NCBI GenBank assembly: GCA_001793945.1
Contig: MGIW01000003.1
Coordinates: 129,630 to 193,629 of the forward strand
Reading direction: 5' to 3'
Source: Candidatus Wolfebacteria bacterium RIFOXYD12_FULL_48_21
GTDB taxonomy: Bacteria; Patescibacteriota; Minisyncoccia; UBA6257; UBA9933
Length of the DNA: 64,000 nucleotides
Position 1 is the stretch's first letter. Each line of letters starts with the position of its first letter. Of this stretch, positions 20,078 to 28,459 are shown in pieces. The notes under the pieces were generated by a model that was not told where the DNA came from, made no database searches, and worked only from the letters and a program-made list of their open reading frames with translations. The translations under genes and the position numbers were made by a program.

Positions 20078-20518
20078 CTATCCGGGGAGGAATTGGCGGT
20101 TCAATGTCAACTCCATCTTTCCAGCCTTCTTAGCACGCACCTTAATGACAGGCGGCCACTGTTCAACTGCAAACAGTTCACCGGGCCCATCTTTGCGATA
20201 AGCCTTCCCGTCGAGGAAATCGTACTCCACCTCGATGTGCGGTGATGCGGTGATTTGATACCACATCGTACCATCTTTCGTTCGGTAGCACGGAAAGGTT
20301 ATGGCCACCCATTCCCCTTTAGGAAGGATCTTTTCTTCCTGAACGACCTCCTCCTTCCGTTGGGAGAGGTCCCAAACCGTGTTACTTTGCGGTTCTATTC
20401 GGCCAGCAACGATCCATATCATGAGCATCACTACCAAGCCAATGAGCCCCCATTTAACCAGGAGCTTTCCCACCCTTTTCACCCGCTCAAGGAGCGGTTG
20501 TTTTTTTGCTTCCGCCAT
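20078..20518 (-). CDS. Hypothetical single-TM protein, paralog of 19100-19777
   Basis: ATG 20518 with GGAGG SD; GKLLVKWGLIGLVVMLMI. Confidence 0.7.
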   Translation of the reverse strand: MAEAKKQPLLERVKRVGKLLVKWGLIGLVVMLMIWIVAGRIEPQSNTVWDLSQRKEEVVQEEKILPKGEWVAITFPCYRTKDGTMWYQITASPHIEVEYDFLDGKAYRKDGPGELFAVEQWPPVIKVRAKKAGKMELTLNRQFLPG

Positions 20519-21446
20519 TTCTTCCTCCCGCACTTCCGTGCGCTCTGGCAGCGGCAATTACGCCGCCGATTAATTTCCCGAGACCGTCTCCACTCCCCTC
20601 GTCCACGATTCGAACGATTTCTTCGTTGATCCTGTGTTGGATCGTTCCCTCCTGGATTTGGACGGCCATAGTAGCATCCTTGAACGACACATCATCATGG
20701 CCCTTTTTAAGAATCTCCATGCGTTTTTTGAACGCCACCATTTCTTCCGCTTTCTGGGCGTTCTTGATCTTCATCGCCTTTCGCTCTGCCGCCGCGGCAA
20801 CAACATTTTTCGGTTCTACCAGCTGAGCCATATTCAGCCCAACCAATTTCACTCCGAATTGTTCAACGCAATACTCACCGTCATTCTCTGACAGCTTGAT
20901 CACGAGATCATCAAGGAAATCATCCCTCTTAGGGGCATTCGCCGCCGTTTCGAGATAGTTTTCCTTTACGAGCGCATCGACAATCCGGAGAATAAACTCC
21001 TGATACATCTTTTTTGCCTGATCGGCTGTATGAGGCTCCTCGCTTCTATCCTGAGCAAACCTTTCAACGGCCGTGCGCGCGATGCGCATGGTTTTCTTCG
21101 CAACGCCCTCCTGCTTGCCGTTCTTGATGAATTTTTCCCCGCCTCCTTCTGCTACTTCAAACAGCATTGTTAGCGAAGTCGTCAATTCGTCCTTGTTCGG
21201 CAATACGATCTCGAACTCCTCCACCGTTACATCGAACCGGCGCGGTACTTCAATGAAATCGGATATGACTCCCTTGAACCACAGAAACATGGCTCTCGGT
21301 CTCATGACCTTGTCTGTCGCCACCCCTCTTCGGGTGATAATCCGAACTTTCTCCGGATCTCCGAGGGGAACATATGCATAGCATCCCCACAAAATCGCCC
21401 CGCCAGCCACTATCATCAGCACTAAAATCGTTATGATCGTTCCCAT
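20487..21446 (-). CDS. Divergent SPFH/band-7 domain membrane protein
   Basis: N-terminal TM, EQFGVKLVGLNMAQLVEPKNVVAAAAERK followed by coiled-coil region. Confidence 0.6.
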   Translation of the reverse strand: MGTIITILVLMIVAGGAILWGCYAYVPLGDPEKVRIITRRGVATDKVMRPRAMFLWFKGVISDFIEVPRRFDVTVEEFEIVLPNKDELTTSLTMLFEVAEGGGEKFIKNGKQEGVAKKTMRIARTAVERFAQDRSEEPHTADQAKKMYQEFILRIVDALVKENYLETAANAPKRDDFLDDLVIKLSENDGEYCVEQFGVKLVGLNMAQLVEPKNVVAAAAERKAMKIKNAQKAEEMVAFKKRMEILKKGHDDVSFKDATMAVQIQEGTIQHRINEEIVRIVDEGSGDGLGKLIGGVIAAARAHGSAGGRNGGSKKTTAP

Positions 21447-21761
21447 CTTCCCTCTCCTTCCGCGTTAGCGATGTAGATTCCTTTTATATATTCAGTTCTT
21501 AAAGGTCAGTCTTATTTAATATATATATACCATATTTGTATTCGTTTGTCAATATGTACAGAAAGCCCGGTTCTGGCTATACTTTTTTTACTAATTGCTT
21601 TGTATTTGTCATTCCGAGCCCATTCGACAAGCTCAGGGTGAACTCCGTGAAACGGAGCCGAGGAATCTGCCTTTACTACAGATACCTCGTCCGCCGACTG
21701 GCGGATCTGTATGACAACTTATCCGTTATTGGTCGTAGGTTGTTAGTTATAAGTTATTTTA

Positions 21762-21791
21762 GCCGGGGTGGCGAAATTGGCAGACGCACTC
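21762..21791 (+). pseudogene. 5' half of a second tRNA-Leu-type gene (acceptor 5' strand and D arm)
   Basis: GCCGGGGTGGCGAAATTGGCAGACGCAC; pairs with CCCCGGCA at 21995-22002. Confidence 0.8.
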
Positions 21792-21807
21792 TCGTAAAAC
21801 TTCACAT

Positions 21808-21889
21808 GCCCCCATGGCGAAATTGGTAGACGCGCCAGTTTTAGGAACTGGTTCCGCAAGGATTAGAGGTTCGAGTCCTCTTGGGGGCA
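21808..21889 (+). tRNA. tRNA-Leu(TAG)
   Basis: GCCCCCA/TGGGGGC acceptor, CCAGT-TTTAGGA-ACTGG anticodon arm, variable arm with GCAA loop, GGTTCGAGTCC. Confidence 0.95.
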
Positions 21890-21959
21890 CATTCGTTTTT
21901 CTCGGCCTTAGGCCGGCCTCACTTTTGAACAGATGTTCGGCCGGCACTCCTTGAGTCGA

Positions 21960-22002
21960 AGCCGCACCGCAAGGTATGCAGGCTCAAGTCCTGTCCCCGG
22001 CA
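21960..22002 (+). pseudogene. 3' half of the split tRNA-Leu-type gene (variable arm, T arm, acceptor 3' strand)
   Basis: ACCGCAAGGT variable arm, GCAGG-CTCAAGT-CCTGT T arm (C at the conserved T54), CCCCGGCA. Confidence 0.8.
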
Positions 22003-22101
22003 CATATTTCAATTATTTTTTCGTCTTAGGCCGGCTCGCCTGAATAGATGCTCACCGGCACTCTGATGCATCGCCCTCACGATCTATCCGTATACATCTT
22101 T

Positions 22102-22151
22102 TTTTATTTGCTGTCCAAATGTACGACCGTACATTTGGACAGCAAATAAAA
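22102..22151. repeat. 50-bp palindrome downstream of the PaaX/Cas2-like gene
   Basis: TTTTATTTGCTGTCCAAATGTACG-AC-CGTACATTTGGACAGCAAATAAAA; 42-bp core identical to 22847-22888. Confidence 0.95.
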
Positions 22152-22193
22152 CATCCGGCGTATATGTCTCATTTTCCGTGCGCTATTCACCGC

Positions 22194-22802
22194 TTATATT
22201 ACATGCTTTAAATTCCCAGTGCTTCCCACTTCGAATATCTCCACAAAGCCTTCAAGTTTCATTTTCATAATATCGGCGATCAATTCCTTTGGTATTTTTG
22301 TCTTCCCGATCCACACGCTTTTCTGTGCCATTTTAAAATCCAAATTCCCCAACACCATCCTTAGCCATGTACGCTTTTTCGTATATTCTTCCGGGATATC
22401 AAACATGACAATAATAACCTTATTCCCTTTTTCCTTTGGATAATACACATCGGGATATCCTTCTTTGCTTTTTAAAAATTCCAACTTCTGTTTTCCGCGT
22501 TCTGTTATTTTATATTTCTTTTTTTCCACTCCTATCTCTTCATTTATTAGCCCGTCTCTTTTTAATTTGTAGATCAGGCTATAATATCTGTTTGTCATCT
22601 TTCGCTCTTCTTCTTCGGTTCGCTTTCGCACATCGCGCCCGGTCCGTATTTTGTTTAAATTATAGTTAATGTCTATCGGCGATGCGCCGCGCCCACCTTC
22701 AACGACAGCCTCCAGCAGATCAAGCTGTGCGTCAATTCCCTCGCTTATCGCCTCCAATATTCTAAGTGATGATTTGTATCTCATGTTCTGCCTATCTTTC
22801 AT
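22194..22802 (-). CDS. PaaX-like winged-helix protein with Cas2-like C-terminal domain
   Basis: LKRDGLI...YKITERG winged helix, then IVMFDIPEE...RTWLRMVLGNLDFKMAQKSVWIG; no CRISPR array or cas1 nearby. Confidence 0.8.
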   Translation of the reverse strand: MKDRQNMRYKSSLRILEAISEGIDAQLDLLEAVVEGGRGASPIDINYNLNKIRTGRDVRKRTEEEERKMTNRYYSLIYKLKRDGLINEEIGVEKKKYKITERGKQKLEFLKSKEGYPDVYYPKEKGNKVIIVMFDIPEEYTKKRTWLRMVLGNLDFKMAQKSVWIGKTKIPKELIADIMKMKLEGFVEIFEVGSTGNLKHVI

Positions 22803-22846
22803 GCTTTAATTACGATGTGCTTTTCATATAAGTATACCATTCCCAT

Positions 22847-22888
22847 ATTTGCTGTCCAAATGTACGACCGTACATTTGGACAGCAAAT
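22847..22888. repeat. 42-bp palindrome upstream of the PaaX/Cas2-like gene, overlapping its -35 region
   Basis: ATTTGCTGTCCAAATGTACG-AC-CGTACATTTGGACAGCAAAT; minus strand continues TGG-TATACT. Confidence 0.95.
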
Positions 22889-23223
22889 CCATGGTGGTCA
22901 TTTTTATCCCGATTCCAATTTATTTGCGCTAAATCAACTACCCTCGTCAGAGCAGAGGGGGATTCGGAATATCAAGCGTCGCCGCAAAGATAGGCAACAA
23001 TAAAAAGCCGCAACGCGTTGACGCGTTGCGGTTGTTTTGATCTCTCTTCCTATATATCTCTGTAGTAGAAAAGCAGATCCCTCCGCTCCTCCGTCACCTG
23101 CCTGCCGGTAGGCAGGGCTGACGGATCCGGTCGGGATGACAGGATACTGGATTCCCGTTTTCACGGGAATAACAGAACGGGAGGCGGGAATGACACCGTA
23201 CCGGACCCCTATTTTCACAGAAA

Positions 23224-24354
23224 TTACATGGGAGAAAATACCCCGGCCCATTTTTTGCCTTTTCTGTTTGGCTTGTGCTCTTTGACTTCAATCTGCTCGA
23301 CTTCTTTCCCTTGTAGGGCAAAGTGCCGAGTGACATATTTTATAATGTCCGGGTCTTTCGGCGTCGGGTTAAAATCAACCAATCCCTCCTTCGTTTCATC
23401 CTCCCCTTTAAACTTCACGCGGATGAGATAACTGCCTTGCGCGGTGCGCGCCTTGCACTCGTTCTTTACCAGCTTCCCGACGAACTTGTTGCCGTCGCCG
23501 AGGTCGACTTGCACCTTTGCGGTCTTTCCGGCGAGCAGTTCTTTGAACTTGTCCATCGCTTCCGCGATCCACAACTCCCCCGCTGCAAGTGGGCGGGGCG
23601 GCTTGCATAAACTTACACCATCGCACCACACACTTCCGTCGTCCCAGTACACATACCGATAACAACGGGGCTTATCTGCGTCATCTCTGTTCGATTCGCC
23701 CAGCTTTTTTTGTCTCGCAAAAAATCGCGTACCCATGCAGGTCTTTATCGACGGAGTACCGTCGAAATCGAACACCACGAATTTTTTCCCGAAACGATAT
23801 ACCGGGTCATCTTGCATTCCGTGTGGGAATGCAAAGTCGCCTACCGATTGTTCATTGCCTATGGCGTAGAACCACGGTGTGAGCTTTCCGCACAGTACCC
23901 AGCGTTTAAACCCGGGATGCGCTTCGTGCTTTTCTGCGGTGCCATAACCCACTTTCGTAAATGCGCTCAAGGCGGCTTCCAGCGTTTCCCATTCGATAAA
24001 CACCACTCCTTCCTGTTCCGTATATCGGTGCGTCACAATTCCGCACCGGCCTTCCGGTGGATCTTTAATTTCGAGTACTTCCAAATATCCTCCACCATTT
24101 CCATAATTGCCGATGCCGTGATATCGATGCTGCACGATATCGTACCGTGAGTAGTTCCCGTAAACACCGTGCGCAAGCAGCACTCGCCTGGTTGTAGCCT
24201 CTTCGATCGTACGAACATGCGTCCGCAAAAATTCCACAACCTGCGCACTTTCGCCGATAGGGCAAGTGAATTTTACCGGCTGGCCTGTGCCCGTATGTCC
24301 TTCTCCATGCTGATATGAGCTAAATCTGTCGCTGTCATTCTGCGCCATGTGCAC
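23224..24354 (-). CDS. Hypothetical protein (376 aa)
   Basis: Long ORF, GGAGG SD (start 24354 GTG or 24348 ATG), promoter TGGACT-17-TAGGTT; no family recognised. Confidence 0.75.
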   Translation of the reverse strand: MHMAQNDSDRFSSYQHGEGHTGTGQPVKFTCPIGESAQVVEFLRTHVRTIEEATTRRVLLAHGVYGNYSRYDIVQHRYHGIGNYGNGGGYLEVLEIKDPPEGRCGIVTHRYTEQEGVVFIEWETLEAALSAFTKVGYGTAEKHEAHPGFKRWVLCGKLTPWFYAIGNEQSVGDFAFPHGMQDDPVYRFGKKFVVFDFDGTPSIKTCMGTRFFARQKKLGESNRDDADKPRCYRYVYWDDGSVWCDGVSLCKPPRPLAAGELWIAEAMDKFKELLAGKTAKVQVDLGDGNKFVGKLVKNECKARTAQGSYLIRVKFKGEDETKEGLVDFNPTPKDPDIIKYVTRHFALQGKEVEQIEVKEHKPNRKGKKWAGVFSPM

Positions 24355-24892
24355 TCCTCCCCTTTCTTTGATTATGCAGTTTTAAAGGTTAGCTTCTTTC
24401 GAAAACCTACCATTATTTTTTAGTGAAGTCCAGCGGCCGGGGGCAACTTATAACTAATAACTGATAACCGATAACGGGAGCGGGGATGCTAACCGATGAC
24501 CGATAACTAATGACTAATGACGGGATGCTGGATTCCCGCCTGCGCGGGAATGACAATGCAAAATACTGGATCCCGGCTTTCGCCGGGATGACAATGCGGG
24601 GAGGGGGAAATGACCGATGACTGATGACCGATGACGGGATGCGAGGAGGAGGGTATAAAGTATAAGGTATACGGTATGGGGAGGATTTCTAATTACGGAT
24701 TTTTAATTTCTAATGAGGGATGCGAGGAGAGTGTCATCCTGAACCTGATTCAGGATCTTGTGAGAAAGAAACGAGATTCCGAAACAAGTTCGGAATGACA
24801 GATAGTCGAGGCGGGGGATATAGAGTGCGAATGCGAAATACTGGATTCCCGTTTTCACGGGAATGATAGAAGGAGGAAAAAATAAAAGCGAT

Positions 24893-25810
24893 TTACTCGC
24901 TTTTATTTTTCCTCCTCCGCCCGTGAAATGTTTGGTGTATTTCCTTGAGTTCCTTGTTGGTTATGTGCGTGTATATCTGCGTGGTCGCGATGTTTGCGTG
25001 GCCGAGCATTTCCTGTACCGACCGTATGTCCGCTCCGTTGATCAACAGGTCAGTCGCGAAACTATGCCGCAACATGTGCGGATGCACATGCTTTGCTATG
25101 CCCGCCTTGCGCGAATAAAAATCAACCAGCCGTTGCACCGTCCGCGGAACGATTCTCCCGATTACCTTCGGACTCTTTGCCTTGGTGTAACTCACGAACA
25201 TCGCCTCCTCCGCGTCTCCCCTTTTCTCTAAATAATTTTTTATTTCCTTTACGGACCGTTCATCCAAAAACACCACCCGCAGTTTATTCCCCTTTCCGCG
25301 CACCGTCACTTCTCCCCGATCGAAATCCATGTAACGGTTCAAACTACACAACTCCGATATGCGCAACCCGGTCGAGAACAATACTTCGAGTATCGCACGA
25401 TCCCGCAATGCTTTTGTATCGCCTCCGCTTACGGCGCTCAAGAGCCGTTCAAGCTCATCATATTCCATAACCTCTATTTGTCGTGCCGGCACTTTGGGCA
25501 GCTCTATCTTGTCGGGCGATAATACCTTGTGGTCGTTTTTTATAAGGTACTTCAAAAAGTTTCGAAGCGCTATTATATAGTAGCTCTGTGTGGACTTACT
25601 ATACTGCTCCCCTCTTCCATTTGACGAGCGCGCCAAGTGCAACCGAAAATCCCGTACCCGCTCCACGGTTATGTCTGCTTCGCTCTTGATCCCCTCAACC
25701 TCGAAAAACTTTTTCAGATACCGCCCGTAGTTCTCCCCGGTCTTTTGCGATCGATTTTTTTCTATCTCGAGGTAGTCAAGATATTCTTTTAGCAGAATGT
25801 TTACATCCAT
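24893..25810 (-). CDS. XerC/XerD-family tyrosine recombinase
   Basis: RDRAILEVLFSTGLRISEL, VRGKGNK, HPHMLRHSFAT, VQEMLGHANIATTQIYTH. Confidence 0.95.
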   Translation of the reverse strand: MDVNILLKEYLDYLEIEKNRSQKTGENYGRYLKKFFEVEGIKSEADITVERVRDFRLHLARSSNGRGEQYSKSTQSYYIIALRNFLKYLIKNDHKVLSPDKIELPKVPARQIEVMEYDELERLLSAVSGGDTKALRDRAILEVLFSTGLRISELCSLNRYMDFDRGEVTVRGKGNKLRVVFLDERSVKEIKNYLEKRGDAEEAMFVSYTKAKSPKVIGRIVPRTVQRLVDFYSRKAGIAKHVHPHMLRHSFATDLLINGADIRSVQEMLGHANIATTQIYTHITNKELKEIHQTFHGRRRKNKSE

Positions 25811-26390
25811 TACCCTCAGTATAGCAAATTGTTTTGCGACAGAATACCGAGCGTGATTTGTCATCCCGAGTGCAACGCAGCGAAGCGGAGTGAAATCGAG
25901 GGATCTGATAGTAGCAAGCAGATTTCTCGACTCCTCCGTCGGCTGACGGATGCGCTCGGAATGACAGGGTGAGGTGGGATCCAGTTTTTTCTGCGGTAGC
26001 GGTGCCTTGGGTAATGGATACTGGATTCCCGCCTGCGCGGGAATGACAATGCAGGCGGAGAGGTGAGAGATTGGAGGGGGGGTGTCATCCCGAGTGCAAC
26101 GCAGCGGAGCGGAGTGGAATCGAGGGATCTGACTTTATACTACAGATTCCTCGGCACTTGAAGCGCAGAACCTTATGCACCTCGAGTACCCCCGGCACGC
26201 TACACACTCGTTTCACTCGTTAGCAACGCCGAGGGTCGGGCTCGAGATGACAATGCGGGGGAAAAATAACTGATGACAGGATGCGGGGGCAATACGAGGG
26301 TTTATTTTGCCGAATTTTTGTAGAACAGGTGTGATCCGCCAGCCGGCGGATTGTTTCACATTCGGCAAAACCAAAAAATGTGAGATAAAA

Positions 26391-26675
26391 TGTTTCACGT
26401 GAAACAATTTACCTCGTTTTTCGCCCCAAGTGTGAAACAATTATGTTTCACACCGTGCACAGTGTTTCACGTGAAACACTTTATCTCGTTTTTCGCCCCT
26501 CCTCCTCTTTTTAGCGATTTGTGAAATCTGTCATTTTGAACAAATTGTTTCACGTGAAACAATTTGTCTCATATTTAGCCTATAGGTGTGAAACAACGAT
26601 GTTTCACACTGTGCACAGTGTTTCACGTGAAACACTTTATCTCGTTTTCCTTGAATAATTGTTTCACGTGAAACA
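26391..26675. promoter_or_regulatory. Cluster of five parS centromere sites
   Basis: Perfect TGTTTCACGTGAAACA at 26391, 26463, 26546, 26619, 26660, matching the Bacillus-type ParB site consensus. Confidence 0.92.
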
Positions 26676-27059
26676 CTTTTGCTCACTTTTTGGCTTTTTG
26701 CCTATTTATTGGTTCGGCAGTTACCCCTGAGTTATCCACAACCAATTGGGGATAACTCGGCAATACCCCCCCCCGGGGGGGGGATGACTTATGACCGATA
26801 ACCAATAACTGATGACGGGATGCTTTATTCCCGCCTGCGCGGGAATGACACGCTCCCCGTATTGTCATCCCGTGCCACGACACGGGATCCAGTATTTTCT
26901 GCGGTAGTAACATATATAGATATTCAGACTCTGGATCCCGGCTTTCGCCGGGATGACAATACCGAGATGCGGGATGCTAACTGATGACCGATGACCGATA
27001 ACTAATAACGGGGGAGGGGCAGGATGGCGTAGCTCGGGTTCGGGTTGTATACTGTTGGT

Positions 27060-27482
27060 ATGAACGATCACCTACAAACCGGATCGCTTGGGGAGGATTT
27101 AGCCAGCCACATCCTTTCCGACTCTGGGCATACCGTACTTGAGCGCAATGCCCGCATGAAGTTCGGGGAGATCGATATTGTTTCCCGAAGCCCCAAAGGG
27201 GTCCTTATTTTTACGGAGGTTAAAACGCTTAAACGACCGTACGCGCTTTTCCCGGAAGATAACTTGACCCGGGCGAAGTTCATGAAACTTTCCCGCACTT
27301 GTTCCGCTTATGCCAACGCTCACCCCGAGCTTGTGAGCAACTCGCTCGGCTGGCGCATAGACCTTATCGCCATCATCGTCGATCCTACACTTCCCCTACC
27401 ATCCGAGTACCGCATGACCTCTTTCGGCAAAAATAATTTTGCCATATCGCACTACGAGAATATTTCTTCGCGTTTTAGTTAG
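27060..27482 (+). CDS. YraN-family (UPF0102) nuclease-like protein
   Basis: TGSLGEDLA, LERNAR...GEIDIV, FTEVKT, WRIDLIAI, HYENI. Confidence 0.88.
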   Translation: MNDHLQTGSLGEDLASHILSDSGHTVLERNARMKFGEIDIVSRSPKGVLIFTEVKTLKRPYALFPEDNLTRAKFMKLSRTCSAYANAHPELVSNSLGWRIDLIAIIVDPTLPLPSEYRMTSFGKNNFAISHYENISSRFS

Positions 27483-28459
27483 GGCATGGGGGGGGTAAAG
27501 TATGAGGTATGAGGTATGAGGTATACGGTATACGGTATGGGAGGGGGAGAGAGATTAGAAATTAGATGTTAGAGATGAGAGATTGGAGGGGGGGGAGGGG
27601 GGAGATGAGAGGCGAGAGGTGAGAGATAAGAGATGAGAGAAAGAGGGGAGACGCGATAATTCGGCAACATTATTGTTATCCACACTTGCGCTGTTTGCCG
27701 AATGTTTTGTATACTGTAGTCAGATATACATGGGTAGCACAATTCAATATCTAACACGGCTTTGATTCCCTCTTGCGTCGGAAAAAATAAGTCACACACA
27801 CTTTAGATTACGCAACTCTTTTGTCTTGGCGTAAGCCTGACTATTCTTATTCCGAGCCGTCATCTGACGGACGACGAATTAGGACCTCGCGGTAAAGCGA
27901 TGGGATTCCGGATCAAGTCCGGAATGACAGAGAGAGGAGGCTCGGGATGACATGCCGAGTTTCGTAATTTAAAAACTCACTTGAACCGCACATGACACTC
28001 TTGCGTTTGTCATCTCGCATATGTTCGCCTCTTTTGTCTTTTTCCAAAAAGACTTTTTGTCGTTTTAGTCTGCCGCCGACAAAGTCGCATATAATGGATT
28101 CCCGCCTTCGCGGGAATGACACAGAGAAGAATCGGAATGACAAGGGGCTAAGCTGTCATCCTGAACTTGTTTCAGGATCTCATGAGAAAGAAACGAGATT
28201 CCGAAACAAGTTCGGAATGACAGATAGTCGAGGACAGGCCCTCCTCCGCCGGTATGACAGAGAGAAAGATAGGAATGGCAGAGGGAAACAAATTTCATTT
28301 TTAAAAACAAACTTCACTAAAAAAATCTCCACCCCGCACATGCAATCAATTACCAAACTTAACCAAATGAAAAAGAACTGGATACCGGCCTCCGCCGGTA
28401 TGACACAGGGGGGGGGTCGCAAGAAGAAAAATGTAACGATGTCAGACATCGTTACATTG

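Noticed and set aside
22194-22802. CRISPR-Cas locus suggested by the Cas2-like domain
   Set aside because: No repeat-spacer array, cas1 or effector genes; only two palindromes
24893-25810. Prophage or integron integrase
   Set aside because: XerC/D-like length and motifs, no integron-specific insertion recognised, no phage genes or attC arrays nearby
26391-26675. CRISPR array
   Set aside because: Repeat is a 16-bp parS palindrome, spacing is irregular (41-83 bp) and the spacers are partly duplicated
27860-27880. Hammerhead ribozyme (CTGACGGA...CGAA)
   Set aside because: Core deviates from CUGANGA/GAAA and the required stems are missing
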